Virus record (IMG/VR): IMGVR_UViG_2563366972_000004
Direction: 5' to 3' (one strand)
DNA: 46,713 bases
DNA from: a virus
Taxonomy: Duplodnaviria; Heunggongvirae; Uroviricota; Caudoviricetes
Shown: positions 8,656 through 19,198 of the stretch, piece by piece
Position numbering within the stretch: the stretch's first letter is position 1
Layout: each line of letters begins with the position of its first letter
Position numbers and translations under genes: made by a program
The notes under the pieces: generated by a model
What the model was told of the DNA's origin: nothing
Seen by the model: the letters and a program-made list of their open reading frames with translations, nothing else
Databases searched by the model: none

Positions 8656-9353
8656 AAAACATCGCCGCACAGATGATTAACTTTGACCGTGAGCAGATGC
8701 GTCGGATCGCCAACAACATGCCGGAACAGTACGACGAAAAGCCTCAGGTACAGCAGGTAGCGCAGATCATCAATGGTGTGTTCAGCCAGTTACTGGCAAC
8801 TTTCCCGGCGAGCCTGGCTAACCGTGACCAGAATGAACTGAACGAAATCCGCCGCCAGTGGGTTCTGGCTTTCCGGGAAAACGGGATCACCACAATGGAA
8901 CAGGTTAACGCTGGAATGCGCGTAGCCCGTCGGCAGAATCGACCATTTCTGCCATCACCCGGGCAGTTTGTTGCATGGTGCCGGGAAGAAGCATCCGTTA
9001 TCGCCGGACTGCCAAACGTCAGCGAGCTGGTTGATATGGTTTACGAGTATTGCCGGAAGCGAGGCCTGTATCCGGATGCGGAGTCTTATCCGTGGAAATC
9101 AAACGCGCACTACTGGCTGGTTACCAACCTGTATCAGAACATGCGGGCCAATGCGCTTACTGATGCGGAATTACGCCGTAAGGCCGCAGATGAGCTTGTC
9201 CATATGACTGCGAGAATTAACCGTGGTGAGGCGATCCCTGAACCAGTAAAACAACTTCCTGTTATGGGCGGTAGACCTCTAAATCGTGCACAGGCTCTGG
9301 CGAAGATCGCAGAAATTAAAGCTAAGTTCGGACTGAAAGGAGCAAGTGTATGA
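8652..9353 (+). CDS. P: Replication protein P (DnaB loader), 233 aa
   Basis: MKNIAAQMINFDREQMRRIANNMPEQYDEKPQVQQVAQII... matches recalled lambda P nearly throughout. Confidence 0.95.
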   Translation: MKNIAAQMINFDREQMRRIANNMPEQYDEKPQVQQVAQIINGVFSQLLATFPASLANRDQNELNEIRRQWVLAFRENGITTMEQVNAGMRVARRQNRPFLPSPGQFVAWCREEASVIAGLPNVSELVDMVYEYCRKRGLYPDAESYPWKSNAHYWLVTNLYQNMRANALTDAELRRKAADELVHMTARINRGEAIPEPVKQLPVMGGRPLNRAQALAKIAEIKAKFGLKGASV

Positions 9354-9652
9354 CGGGCAAAGAGGCAATTATTCATTACCTGGGGACGCATAAGAGCTTC
9401 TGTGCACAGGACGTTGCCGCGGTAACAGGCGCAACCGTAACCAGCATAAATCAGGCTGCGGCTAAAATGGCGCGGGCAGGAATCCTGGTCGTTGATGGTA
9501 AGGTCTGGCGAACGGTGTATTACCGGTTCGCTACCAGAGAAGAACGGGAAGGAAAGGTGAGCACGAATCTGATTTTTAAGGAGTGTCGCCAGAGTGCCGC
9601 GATGAAACGCGTATTGAGGGTATATAAAAGAACATCAATGGGTACACAATGA
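9350..9652 (+). CDS. ren: Ren (100 aa)
   Basis: Position after P and recalled similarity to lambda Ren. Confidence 0.8.
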   Translation: MTGKEAIIHYLGTHKSFCAQDVAAVTGATVTSINQAAAKMARAGILVVDGKVWRTVYYRFATREEREGKVSTNLIFKECRQSAAMKRVLRVYKRTSMGTQ

Positions 9653-9719
9653 TGAAACAGGTGAGTTGATTTCAAACTGTAGTACAATTCTCTCCAGTTT
9701 GAACAGGAAAGAATATGCT

Positions 9720-10052
9720 ATGAACCCTTATATTTATCTTGGTGGTGCAATACTTGCAGAGGTCATTGGTACAACCTTAATGAAGTTTTCAGAAGGTTTT
9801 ACACGGTTATGGCCATCTGTTGGTACAATTATTTGTTATTGTGCATCATTCTGGTTATTAGCTCAGACGCTGGCTTATATTCCTACAGGGATTGCTTATG
9901 CTATCTGGTCAGGAGTCGGTATTGTCCTGATTAGCTTACTGTCATGGGGATTTTTCGGCCAACGGCTGGACCTGCCAGCCATTATAGGCATGATGTTGAT
10001 TTGTGCCGGTGTGTTGGTTATTAATTTATTGTCACGAAGCACACCACATTAA
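9720..10052 (+). CDS. emrE: SMR-family multidrug efflux transporter EmrE (110 aa)
   Basis: MNPYIYLGGAILAEVIGTTLMKFSEGFTRLWPSVGTI... matches recalled E. coli EmrE (a DLP12 prophage gene in K-12); four hydrophobic helices. Confidence 0.9.
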   Translation: MNPYIYLGGAILAEVIGTTLMKFSEGFTRLWPSVGTIICYCASFWLLAQTLAYIPTGIAYAIWSGVGIVLISLLSWGFFGQRLDLPAIIGMMLICAGVLVINLLSRSTPH

Positions 10053-10083
10053 AAATAATTTGTTTCTAAACGACTAAAATATG

Positions 10084-10125
10084 GAGGCTCTTATATTTAT
10101 ATGAGCCTCGTTTTATGCTTTTTGT
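10084..10125 (+). terminator. Intrinsic terminator after emrE
   Basis: GGAGGCTC-loop-GAGCCTC hairpin followed by GTTTTATGCTTTTTG. Confidence 0.55.
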
Positions 10126-10308
10126 TAATGTCTTTATTTTTTTATGTATTCTTTTGTGCTTTCAAGATTATGGCGTAAGAAAATTGCAATACGATTATTG
10201 TTGTATATTCAAGATAATGTGACCTTAATTGTCTTTTTAAATAAAAATTAAACAAAAATTATATCTCACCACTAAGGTTTATAAAAGCATACGTTAGCAG
10301 GTGTCACC

Positions 10309-11835
10309 ATGAAAAAAGCCATAGCATATATGCGATTTTCATCACCAGGTCAGATGTCTGGCGACTCATTAAACCGACAGAGAAGACTTATTGCTGAATG
10401 GTTAAAGGTAAATAGTGATTATTATCTTGATACCATAACATATGAAGATTTAGGATTAAGTGCATTCAAAGGAAAGCATGCACAATCAGGAGCTTTTTCG
10501 GAATTTTTAGATGCTATAGAGCATGGTTATATATTGCCAGGAACTACATTGTTAGTTGAAAGTCTGGACAGACTTTCAAGAGAAAAAGTCGGTGAAGCGA
10601 TTGAGCGTCTGAAATTGATTTTGAATCACGGTATTGATGTTATAACTCTTTGCGATAATACAGTCTATAATATTGACTCTTTGAATGATCCATATTCATT
10701 AATAAAAGCCATACTTATAGCACAAAGGGCAAATGAAGAAAGCGAGATAAAGTCAAGTCGGGTTAAATTATCATGGAAGAAAAAACGGCAGGATGCACTG
10801 GAGTCAGGCACGATTATGACGGCGTCTTGTCCGAGATGGCTCTCCTTAGATGACAAAAGAACGGCTTTTGTTCCAGACCCCGACAGGGTGAAAACTATTG
10901 AGCTAATTTTTAAACTCAGGATGGAAAGGCGCTCATTGAATGCAATAGCCAAGTATTTAAATGATCATGCTGTAAAGAATTTCTCAGGAAAAGAAAGTGC
11001 ATGGGGACCTTCTGTAATTGAAAAATTATTAGCGAATAAAGCTCTGATAGGTATATGCGTACCTTCATATCGTGCAAGAGGTAAAGGAATAAGTGAAATC
11101 GCTGGCTATTATCCCAGAGTCATATCAGATGATTTGTTTTACGCTGTGCAGGAAATTCGGTTGGCACCTTTTGGTATTAGCAATAGTAGCAAAAACCCTA
11201 TGTTGATAAATCTACTTCGAACAGTTATGAAGTGCGAGGCTTGTGGTAATACCATGATTGTTCATGCGGTATCTGGAAGTTTGCATGGCTATTATGTTTG
11301 TCCGATGAGAAGACTGCATCGATGTGACAGGCCATCAATAAAGAGAGATTTGGTTGATTATAATATCATTAATGAGTTGCTTTTTAATTGTAGTAAAATC
11401 CAACCAGTTGAAAACAAGAAAGATGCTAATGAAACTTTAGAGTTGAAAATTATTGAGCTCCAGATGAAAATTAATAATTTAATTGCTGCATTATCTGTTG
11501 CGCCTGAAGTTACCGCTATAGCAGAAAAAATCAGAGTATTAGATAAGGAATTACGAAGGGCTTCTGTATCATTAAAAACTTTGAAGAGTAAAGCGGTGAG
11601 CTCACTTGGTGATTTTCATGCTATTGACTTAACCAGTAAAAATGGGCGAGAGCTATGTCGTACACTTGCCTATAAAACATTCGAAAAAATCATAATCAAT
11701 ACAGATAATAAAACCTGTGATATCTATTTTATGAATGGCATTGTTTTTAAACACTATCCTTTAATGAAAACAATATCCGCCCAGCAGGCGATAAGTACTC
11801 TCAAATATATGGTTGATGGTGAGGTTTATTTTTGA
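10309..11835 (+). CDS. ybcK: Large serine recombinase (YbcK-like), 508 aa
   Basis: N-terminal resolvase-type catalytic motif (AYMRFSSPGQ), zinc-ribbon cysteines (CEACGNT...CPMRRLHRC), coiled-coil tail; matches recalled K-12 DLP12 YbcK. Confidence 0.85.
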   Translation: MKKAIAYMRFSSPGQMSGDSLNRQRRLIAEWLKVNSDYYLDTITYEDLGLSAFKGKHAQSGAFSEFLDAIEHGYILPGTTLLVESLDRLSREKVGEAIERLKLILNHGIDVITLCDNTVYNIDSLNDPYSLIKAILIAQRANEESEIKSSRVKLSWKKKRQDALESGTIMTASCPRWLSLDDKRTAFVPDPDRVKTIELIFKLRMERRSLNAIAKYLNDHAVKNFSGKESAWGPSVIEKLLANKALIGICVPSYRARGKGISEIAGYYPRVISDDLFYAVQEIRLAPFGISNSSKNPMLINLLRTVMKCEACGNTMIVHAVSGSLHGYYVCPMRRLHRCDRPSIKRDLVDYNIINELLFNCSKIQPVENKKDANETLELKIIELQMKINNLIAALSVAPEVTAIAEKIRVLDKELRRASVSLKTLKSKAVSSLGDFHAIDLTSKNGRELCRTLAYKTFEKIIINTDNKTCDIYFMNGIVFKHYPLMKTISAQQAISTLKYMVDGEVYF

Positions 11836-11946
11836 GTAATAATCACTTTTTCAACCGTGCTATAGTAAGAAAGTTAGGTAAGTACAATAAAATTATCTAT
11901 CCTGAACGAAGCGTCCTGAGCTATGGTTTTACTATAGGGACTGCCA

Positions 11947-12264
11947 ATGGATGCTGGCGTTCTCGTTCTAGCAGTTCAACAATCCCCAATCACAAAACAA
12001 TTCACTGATAACGAACTTTGCACACTCGCCTGGTTATGGCGAGCAGGGAATGTGATGTTAATTGCCTACCAGAACGTTACTCATCTTCTTCAGGATGCGG
12101 AGCATGGTGAAGCTGGTCACTTCACTTCCATCGAGCAAGAATATCCCCAGATACTCAACAGAGCGCGAGCAATCCTCGTCCGAGAAACGGCACATGTAAA
12201 ACTTCAGCCGTGGCAGGATGATAAGTGGAGTCGAGTATTGCCGTATTTGCGTCAAATCTGTTAG
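11947..12264 (+). CDS. Hypothetical protein (105 aa)
   Basis: ORF in track with AGGGA upstream; not recognised; could be a gene remnant. Confidence 0.3.
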   Translation: MDAGVLVLAVQQSPITKQFTDNELCTLAWLWRAGNVMLIAYQNVTHLLQDAEHGEAGHFTSIEQEYPQILNRARAILVRETAHVKLQPWQDDKWSRVLPYLRQIC

Positions 12265-12361
12265 GAGTATAGCCGCCAGCCATGAGTGTTGTATTAAAAC
12301 AAGGATGTCTATATATGGGATAGCGAGAGTATGAATATCAGTTATTTTGAGAGTTAACTGA

Positions 12362-12405
12362 TTGTGAAATTAGTTTTTTTCACAAACGAGTGGGGTTACT
12401 ATGAT
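12362..12405 (+). promoter_or_regulatory. Candidate sigma70 promoter with overlapping inverted-repeat operator for the 309-aa gene
   Basis: Inverted repeat TTGTGAAA-7nt-TTTCACAA (12362-12385); -35-like TTCACA (12379-12384) and -10-like TATGAT (12400-12405), 15-nt spacer. Confidence 0.4.
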
Positions 12406-12468
12406 GAGTGTTCTAATGCATAGGGAACACCTAATTTTTTCAATGAATTCAAATTGATAGGATCAAAA

Positions 12469-13398
12469 ATGGCACAACAGAGAACTACCTCCCTCAGATC
12501 CATACCTTTAGACTTAGATGTTAAGCAAGAGGCTGTCATTAACGGTATAGAAATGGGGGTACTCGATAACGGAATTCCGTACCTTACTCAGAATGGGTTG
12601 GCAAATGTTTGTGGTGTTCAGCGTTTGCGAATCAAGGAAATTACCGATGAGTGGGCTCAATCCGTTGAGAACGGTATTTTCAAAAAAGGAAGAATGACTT
12701 TTATTGGTACATATCTTCTTAATGAAGGTTTTACAGATGAAAAACTTTATATACCAATAATTCGAAATGGTGTTGAGTACCATGCTTATCCAGATGTTGT
12801 ATGCATGGCTATACTTGAATACTATGCCTTTGAAGCAAAACAAGCAGAAAGTGAGACTGCAATTAGATCTTACAGAGAGCTTGCTAAAAAAGGCCTCAAG
12901 ACATTTATATACGAGGCGCTAAAATATCAACCGGAGGACCCGTGGAGGCATTACCATGACAGAGTATCTTTATTAAAAGATAAGGGAACCATACCTGATG
13001 GGTATTTCATTATATTTAATGAAATTGCAGGTATGATGGTAGATCTCATCAATGCTGGATTAGCGATTAATCAGCATACCGTACCTGATGGCAGTGTTGG
13101 TTCTTGCTGGGCGCGTCACTGGAAAGCAAAGGGGTTAGCAACAGAATTTGGAGAAAGAGTAGACTGTGAGCATTATTACCCTGAAGATTTTCTTCAGGCA
13201 AGTTCCAATCCTCAGATCATTAATGCCTATCCTGATTCTGCATTGTCAGAGTTTCGTAGATGGTTTAAGCATGAATATTTAACCACAAAGTTCCCACCGT
13301 ATATTCTTAAAAAATCAAACGTGCTTCCTGGTGGTACAGAAGATGCTAATCGTCTGATAGAAGCTTTCAAAAAATCAGAGCTAGAAAATAAACCATAA
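12469..13398 (+). CDS. Unrecognised prophage accessory protein (309 aa from ATG at 12469)
   Basis: ORF in track; ATG at 12469 with AGGA 8 nt upstream; AT-rich; not recognised. Contains YPD-x12-EAK, a possible PD-(D/E)xK-like nuclease motif (tentative). Confidence 0.6.
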   Translation: MAQQRTTSLRSIPLDLDVKQEAVINGIEMGVLDNGIPYLTQNGLANVCGVQRLRIKEITDEWAQSVENGIFKKGRMTFIGTYLLNEGFTDEKLYIPIIRNGVEYHAYPDVVCMAILEYYAFEAKQAESETAIRSYRELAKKGLKTFIYEALKYQPEDPWRHYHDRVSLLKDKGTIPDGYFIIFNEIAGMMVDLINAGLAINQHTVPDGSVGSCWARHWKAKGLATEFGERVDCEHYYPEDFLQASSNPQIINAYPDSALSEFRRWFKHEYLTTKFPPYILKKSNVLPGGTEDANRLIEAFKKSELENKP

Positions 13399-13594
13399 TT
13401 GTTTTTTGGCTTTTGATTTTACATAATCATTTTGCCATAATCATGTCATCGGAGCCTGAACAACTCCGGTGACTTCTGCGCTAAACGGGGACGTTTATGC
13501 GCACATACAATCCAAACTCTCTTCTCCCTTCACAGATGCAGAGATGCACCTGCGATTTTTTGCATCCAGCGTTTGACCTCTGCGGAGGTGAAGC

Positions 13595-14050
13595 GTGAAT
13601 CTCCCACAAGATGGCATCAAATTACATCGCGGTAACTTCACCGCTATCGGTCGGCAGATCCAGCCTTATCTGGAGGAGGGCAAATGCTTTCGCATGGTGC
13701 TTAAACCGTGGCGTGAGAAACGCAGTCTTTCCCAGAATGCACTCAGCCACATGTGGTACAGCGAAATCAGTGAATACCTCATCAACAGGGGTAAAACGTT
13801 CGCCACTCCAGCTTGGGTAAAAGATGCTCTCAAACACACATATCTCGGTTATGAAACCAAAGACCTGGTTGATGTCGTAACCGGTGATATCACCACTATC
13901 CAGTCGTTACGCCATACCTCCGATCTTGATACCGGAGAGATGTATGTCTTCCTGTGTAAGGTTGAAGCCTGGGCGGTGAATATTGGCTGCCACCTGACTA
14001 TTCCGCAGAGCTGCGAGTTCCAGCTGCTCCGTGACAAGCAGGAGGCGTAA
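13595..14050 (+). CDS. ybcN: YbcN-like nin-region protein (151 aa, GTG start)
   Basis: Matches recalled K-12 DLP12 YbcN; GGAGG 7 nt before the GTG. Confidence 0.8.
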   Translation: MNLPQDGIKLHRGNFTAIGRQIQPYLEEGKCFRMVLKPWREKRSLSQNALSHMWYSEISEYLINRGKTFATPAWVKDALKHTYLGYETKDLVDVVTGDITTIQSLRHTSDLDTGEMYVFLCKVEAWAVNIGCHLTIPQSCEFQLLRDKQEA

Positions 14051-14220
14051 TGGCTACACCGCTTATTCGTGTCATGAACGGACACATCTACAGAGTATCA
14101 AATCGTCGTAAGCGTAAGCCTGAGCCGAAGCCATCCGAAATACCAACACTGCTCGGATATACCGCTAGCCTGGTTGATAAAAAATGGTTGCGACTGGCAG
14201 CAAGGAGGAATCATGGCTGA
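14050..14220 (+). CDS. ninE: NinE (56 aa)
   Basis: Hand-translated [56 protein letters not shown]; start overlaps the ybcN stop (TAATG). Not in the ORF track (under 60 aa). Confidence 0.75.
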   Translation: MATPLIRVMNGHIYRVSNRRKRKPEPKPSEIPTLLGYTASLVDKKWLRLAARRNHG

Positions 14221-14503
14221 TTTGAGAAAAGCAGCGCGTGGTCGGGAATGCCAGGTAAGAATCCCTGGCGTATGTAATGGCAATTCTGAAACGTCTGTAC
14301 TGGCACATATCCGGCTGGCTGGATTGTGCGGTACCGGTATCAAACCGCCAGACCTGATTGCCACCATTGCATGTTCTGCCTGCCACGACGAAATCGACCG
14401 CCGCACACATTTTGTCGATGCTGCATATGCAAAAGAATGCGCGCTGGAAGGTATGGCGAGAACACAGGTTATCTGGCTGAAAGAGGGGGTTATTAAGGCG
14501 TGA
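14213..14503 (+). CDS. ybcO: YbcO-like putative nuclease (96 aa)
   Basis: [34 protein letters not shown]... with Cys-rich motif; matches recalled DLP12 YbcO. Confidence 0.8.
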   Translation: MADLRKAARGRECQVRIPGVCNGNSETSVLAHIRLAGLCGTGIKPPDLIATIACSACHDEIDRRTHFVDAAYAKECALEGMARTQVIWLKEGVIKA

Positions 14504-14862
14504 ATACCTACAGCATCACATTACCCTGGCCTCCGAGCAATAATCGCTATTACCGCCATAATCGCGGGCGCACGCACATCAGCGCAGAAGGGCAGGCATA
14601 CCGCGATAACGTCACCCGAATCATTAAAAACGCAATGCTGGATATCGGCCTGGCTATGCCAGTGAAAATCCGTATTGAGTGCCACATGCCGGATCGCCGT
14701 CGCCGTGACCTGGATAATCTGCAAAAAGCCGCTTTTGACGCACTCACCAAAGCAGGTTTCTGGCTGGATGATGCTCAGGTCGTTGATTACCGCGTTGTGA
14801 AGATGCCTGTTACCAAAGGTGGGAGGCTGGAACTGACCATCACCGAAATGGGGAATGAATGA
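14500..14862 (+). CDS. rusA: Holliday junction resolvase RusA (120 aa)
   Basis: [35 protein letters not shown]... matches recalled RusA. Confidence 0.9.
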   Translation: MNTYSITLPWPPSNNRYYRHNRGRTHISAEGQAYRDNVTRIIKNAMLDIGLAMPVKIRIECHMPDRRRRDLDNLQKAAFDALTKAGFWLDDAQVVDYRVVKMPVTKGGRLELTITEMGNE

Positions 14863-14999
14863 TGTTTGAGTTTTATATGGCAGAACTTCTTCGCCACCGC
14901 TGGGGGCATCTGCGCTTATATCGTTTCCCCGGTTCTGTTTTGACCGATTACCGAATACTGAAGAATTACGCCAAAACCCTGACAGGAGCAGGAGTATGA
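14859..14999 (+). CDS. ylcG: YlcG-like small protein (46 aa)
   Basis: Hand-translated [46 protein letters not shown]; start overlaps the rusA stop (ATGA). Confidence 0.6.
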   Translation: MMFEFYMAELLRHRWGHLRLYRFPGSVLTDYRILKNYAKTLTGAGV

Positions 15000-15084
15000 A
15001 GTCAGAGATAACAATCAACTAATACTGTTTTGTTGATTTTTGCTTGTAATTGGCGTTCTGGTCTGATTTTTGTGGAGTAAGTTG

Positions 15085-15468
15085 ATGCGTGATATTCAGA
15101 TGGTTCTTGAGCGTTGGGGAGCGTGGGCGGCTAATAATCATGAAGATGTGACCTGGTCGTCCATTGCCGCCGGTTTTAAGGGATTAATTACTTCAAAAGT
15201 AAAATCTCGCCCGCAATGTTGTGACGATGACGCGATGATTATTTGCGGGTGCATGGCCCGTCTGAAAAAGAACAACAGCGATTTGCACGATTTATTAGTA
15301 GATTATTATGTAGTCGGTATGACATTCATGTCACTGGCAGGTAAGCATTGCTGCTCTGATGGTTATATCGGGAAAAGGTTACAGAAGGCTGAGGGCATAA
15401 TTGAAGGGATGTTAATGGCATTAGATATCCGGTTAGAGATGGATATCGTTGTTAATAACTCTAATTAA
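15085..15468 (+). CDS. quuD: Late-gene antiterminator Q (QuuD-like), 127 aa
   Basis: Position after the nin region and before the lysis genes; Cys-rich zinc-binding segment ([16 protein letters not shown]...CCSDGY); GGAG upstream of the ATG at 15085. Confidence 0.8.
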   Translation: MRDIQMVLERWGAWAANNHEDVTWSSIAAGFKGLITSKVKSRPQCCDDDAMIICGCMARLKKNNSDLHDLLVDYYVVGMTFMSLAGKHCCSDGYIGKRLQKAEGIIEGMLMALDIRLEMDIVVNNSN

Positions 15469-15657
15469 TATGCCAATTGTTTACTAAAAATTATTAAAAA
15501 TGGGGCGTTGAGACGCCCCCAAAAATAAAGGGTAATATATAACAGAAGGTTTATATAGTTAGAAGCAAGGTTGTGCTTCTAAAGGAAGTGGCTTGAGGGA
15601 GCCACTTATATGTTGGGGAGGCAACGCCTCCCGCAACATATCTTTTTCGTAATCAGA

Positions 15658-16755
15658 TTAGAACTGGTAAACCAGACCTACAGCAACGATGTCATCAGTG
15701 CTTACACCGAGTGCTTTAGTGAAGTCATTTTTGTCAAGCAGGTTGATTTTGTAATCAACGAAAGTAGACATATTTTTGTTGAAGTAATAGGTTGCACCTA
15801 CATCAACATATTTGACTAAGTCCTGATCGCCCCATACTCCAAGATCTTTACCTTTAGATTGCAGGTAAGCAACGGACGGACGCAGACCGAAATCGAACTG
15901 ATATTGTGCAACAGCTTCGAAGTTTTGGGCTTTATTAGCAACGAAGTGATCAGCAAATACAGTCATATTCTGGGTTTCAGAATAGGTAGTGGCCAGGTAA
16001 ATGTTGTTAGCGTCATATTTCAGACCTGCGGCCCAAACTTCTGCATTTTTACCGGAAGCAAATACTTCAGGAAGAACTTTCCCTGCATTAACTTGAGTGT
16101 CGGTACGATCAGATTTCGCATAAGTTGCACCGATACCGAATCCTTCGTATTCATAGGTAGCAGAGAAACCGAAGCCATCACCGTTACCTTCAGTGTAGTT
16201 ATCGAAATCGCTACGATCGTTTTTGCCTTGGTACTGAGCAGCAAAGTTCAGACCATCAACCAGACCAAAGAAGTCGTTGTTACGATAGGTTGCAACACCA
16301 GTGGTGCGACCAGTCATGAACACATCTGTTTGGGTCCAGGTATCGCCACCGAATTCTGGCAGAACGTCAGTCCACGCACCGATGTCGTATGCTACACCGT
16401 AGTTACGGCCGTAATCGATTGAGCCGTAGTCACCGAATTTCAGGCCTGCAAATGCAAGACGGGTTTTGTCTTTGGAGGAACCTTGAGATTCAGCGCGGTT
16501 GCCTTTGAATTCATATTCCCACTGACCGAAACCAGTCAGTTGATCGTTGATTTGGGTTTCACCTTTGAAGCCAAGACGGGCATAAGTAGTATCACCATCA
16601 TCTGCATCATTAGAGGAGAAGTAGTGCTTGGCATTAACTTTCCCGTACAGATCCAGCTTGTTACTGTCTTTATTATAAATTTCAGCTGCCTGAGCAGACA
16701 TCGCCATCAGTACTGATGCAGCTACAGCAGAAATTGCCACTGTTAATTTTTTCAT
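15658..16755 (-). CDS. nmpC: Outer membrane porin NmpC (OmpC/OmpF family), 365 aa, apparently intact
   Basis: Signal peptide ([23 protein letters not shown]), porin beta-barrel motifs, C-terminal ...GLVYQF; matches recalled NmpC. No interruption seen. Confidence 0.9.
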   Translation of the reverse strand: MKKLTVAISAVAASVLMAMSAQAAEIYNKDSNKLDLYGKVNAKHYFSSNDADDGDTTYARLGFKGETQINDQLTGFGQWEYEFKGNRAESQGSSKDKTRLAFAGLKFGDYGSIDYGRNYGVAYDIGAWTDVLPEFGGDTWTQTDVFMTGRTTGVATYRNNDFFGLVDGLNFAAQYQGKNDRSDFDNYTEGNGDGFGFSATYEYEGFGIGATYAKSDRTDTQVNAGKVLPEVFASGKNAEVWAAGLKYDANNIYLATTYSETQNMTVFADHFVANKAQNFEAVAQYQFDFGLRPSVAYLQSKGKDLGVWGDQDLVKYVDVGATYYFNKNMSTFVDYKINLLDKNDFTKALGVSTDDIVAVGLVYQF

Positions 16756-17343
16756 CGTGAGCCCTTTTTTTTGAACTATTATTAAAAAATGATGTCACTG
16801 CGCGATAAATATTCATCTAATCAATGTGATTATTTCAAGATGTAAGTTTTAGTTTCTCATTTAATTTGTGAAGTAGATCTCTATTTTTATCTGAACTTTT
16901 TCTATCGAAACCTATTTATGGCTCTTATTTGAACAAAAATAAACCTATTAGCTAATTTATATTAATGGTTGTTATTTATGGAGGTTCTATAATTCGGCAG
17001 TTTAATTTAAATCAACTAAAAATAACGTCTGAAATTATTTATTGGTTATTTGTTGAGGTTTTCTTATGTATTTGTGGTGGTGTTTTGAACACTCGGTAGC
17101 ATTCTCATAAATATCATTCAGTGGTTTACGTACGTAAAAAATTGGTTATGCTGTTAAGAGTGGTTACTTCGTCACACAGCTTAAACCCGCCGTCGAGCTG
17201 GTTTTTCCATTTTTTGAGTCTCGATATTAGCTGATAACTCAATACCTGAGTTATTCACTGACTCCGAGTCTGTTACGTTTCTGCTTTTTTGCGATACGTT
17301 GTATTCCCTCAATTTACACCCGCTTTGTCTGCGAGGTGGGGTT

Positions 17344-17559
17344 ATGAAATCCATGGATAAGTTAACAACGGGTGTCGCCTATGGCACCTCAGCAGGTAGT
17401 GCCGGTTACTGGTTTTTACAGCTGCTCGATAAAGTCACGCCCTCACAGTGGGCAGCAATAGGTGTGCTGGGTAGCCTGGTATTTGGCCTGCTGACGTACC
17501 TGACAAACCTTTATTTCAAGATTAAAGAAGATAAGCGCAAGGCTGCGAGAGGTGAATAA
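17344..17559 (+). CDS. essD: Pinholin with dual-start motif (71 aa, S21/EssD-like)
   Basis: [14 protein letters not shown]... with M1-K2-S3-M4 dual start; two predicted TM segments; GAGGTGGGG upstream. Confidence 0.8.
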
Positions 17560-18056
17560 TGCCTCCATCATTACGAAAAGCCGTTGCTGCTGCTATTGGT
17601 GGCGGAGCAATTGCTATAGCATCAGTGTTAATTACTGGCCCAAGTGGTAACGATGGTCTGGAAGGTGTCAGCTACATACCATACAAAGATATTCTTGGTG
17701 TATGGACTGTATGTCACGGGCATACAGGAAAAGACATCATGCTCGGTAAAACGTATACCAAAGCAGAATGCAAAGCCCTCCTGAATAAAGACCTTGCCAC
17801 GGTCGCCAGACAAATTAACCCGTACATCAAAGTCGATATACCGGAAACAATGCGCGGCGCTCTTTACTCATTCGTTTACAACGTGGGTGCTGGCAATTTC
17901 AGAACATCGACGCTTCTTCGCAAAATAAACCAGGGCGATATCAAAGGCGCATGTGATCAGCTACGTCGCTGGACATATGCTGGCGGTAAGCAATGGAAAG
18001 GTCTCATGACTCGTCGTGAGATTGAGCGTGAAATCTGTTTGTGGGGTCAGCAATGA
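17559..18056 (+). CDS. rrrD: SAR endolysin (lysozyme, RrrD-like), 165 aa
   Basis: N-terminal Gly/Ala-rich weakly hydrophobic SAR segment ([20 protein letters not shown]) followed by a lysozyme domain. Confidence 0.9.
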   Translation: MPPSLRKAVAAAIGGGAIAIASVLITGPSGNDGLEGVSYIPYKDILGVWTVCHGHTGKDIMLGKTYTKAECKALLNKDLATVARQINPYIKVDIPETMRGALYSFVYNVGAGNFRTSTLLRKINQGDIKGACDQLRRWTYAGGKQWKGLMTRREIEREICLWGQQ

Positions 18057-18514
18057 ACAGAGTAACCGCGATTATCTCCGCTCTGGTTATCTGCATCATC
18101 GTCGGCCTGTCATGGGCTGTTAATCATTACCGTGATAACGCCATTACCTACAAAGCCCAGCGCGACAAAAATGCCAGAGAACTGAAGCTGGCGAACGCGG
18201 CAATTACTGACATGCAGATGCGTCAGCGTGATGTTGCTGCGCTCGATGCAAAATACACGAAGGAGTTAGCTGATGCGAAAGCTGAAAATGATGCTCTGCG
18301 TGATGATGTTGCCGCTGGTCGTCGTCGGTTGCACATCAAAGCAGTCTGTCAGTCAGTGCGTGAAGCCACCACCGCCTCCGGCGTGGATAATGCAGCCTCC
18401 CCCCGACTGGCAGACACCGCTGAACGGGATTATTTCACCCTCAGAGAGAGGCTGATCACTATGCAAAAACAACTGGAAGGAGCCCAGAAGTATATTAATG
18501 AGCAGTGCAGATAG
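18053..18514 (+). CDS. rzpD: Spanin inner-membrane subunit Rz (153 aa)
   Basis: N-terminal TM, coiled-coil periplasmic domain; overlaps the lysozyme gene end. Confidence 0.85.
   Translation: MNRVTAIISALVICIIVGLSWAVNHYRDNAITYKAQRDKNARELKLANAAITDMQMRQRDVAALDAKYTKELADAKAENDALRDDVAAGRRRLHIKAVCQSVREATTASGVDNAASPRLADTAERDYFTLRERLITMQKQLEGAQKYINEQCR
18273..18455 (+). CDS. rzoD: Spanin outer-membrane lipoprotein Rz1 (60 aa), embedded in Rz in the +1 frame
   Basis: Lipobox ...VVVGC TSK and proline-rich mature region ([15 protein letters not shown]), fully nested inside Rz. Confidence 0.8.
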   Translation: MRKLKMMLCVMMLPLVVVGCTSKQSVSQCVKPPPPPAWIMQPPPDWQTPLNGIISPSERG

Positions 18515-18545
18515 AGCTGCCCATATCGATGGGCAACTCATGCAA

Positions 18546-18839
18546 TTATTGCGAGCAATACACACGCGCTTCCAGCGGAGTATAAATGCCTAAAGTAATA
18601 AAACCGAGCAATCCATTTACGAATGTTTGCTGGGTTTCTGTTTTAACAACATTTTCTGCGCCGCCACAAATTTTGGCTGCATCAACAGTTTTCTCCTGTC
18701 CAATTCCCGAAACGAAGAAGTGATGGGTGATGGTTTCCTTTGGTGTTACTGCTGTCGGTTTGTTTCCAACAGTAAACGTCTGTTGAGCACATCCTGTAAT
18801 AAGCATTGCCAGAGCGGCAGAAAACAACATTTTTTTCAT
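18546..18839 (-). CDS. bor: Bor lipoprotein (serum-resistance moron), 97 aa
   Basis: MKKMLFSAALAMLITGCAQQ... lipoprotein signal; matches recalled Bor. Confidence 0.85.
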   Translation of the reverse strand: MKKMLFSAALAMLITGCAQQTFTVGNKPTAVTPKETITHHFFVSGIGQEKTVDAAKICGGAENVVKTETQQTFVNGLLGFITLGIYTPLEARVYCSQ

Positions 18840-19198
18840 CTTATTATCCTGCATTGTTAAAAACGGCAGAATCCTATGTGACAACAATTAAACGATAGTT
18901 AAATGGATTGATGAAAATTAAAACTATATAGGTGGATGCTCAGCCTATTGGAGGAGGGGGGCACTCAGAATCCTGTGGAATGAAATAAACCGCTCTTTCT
19001 GTCCATTACCCTTTTAGCTGCGCTGTATCGTCGCCGTATTCCCGCATTAACCATGACCGTAGCCCGACGGGGAATTCCTTCTGCGTGAGTGTGCGGGAAT
19101 AATCAAAAACGATGCACACCGGGTTTTACTGTGCTGACAGACGCAGGGTTACCCTCATAGTCGCTTTTCCGGTGCGATGGTGGAAGAAACCGGGATGT

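Noticed and set aside
18519-18534. Palindrome GCCCAT-atcg-ATGGGC between Rz and bor as a bidirectional terminator
   Set aside because: No U-tract on either strand follows the stem; kept as unconfirmed.
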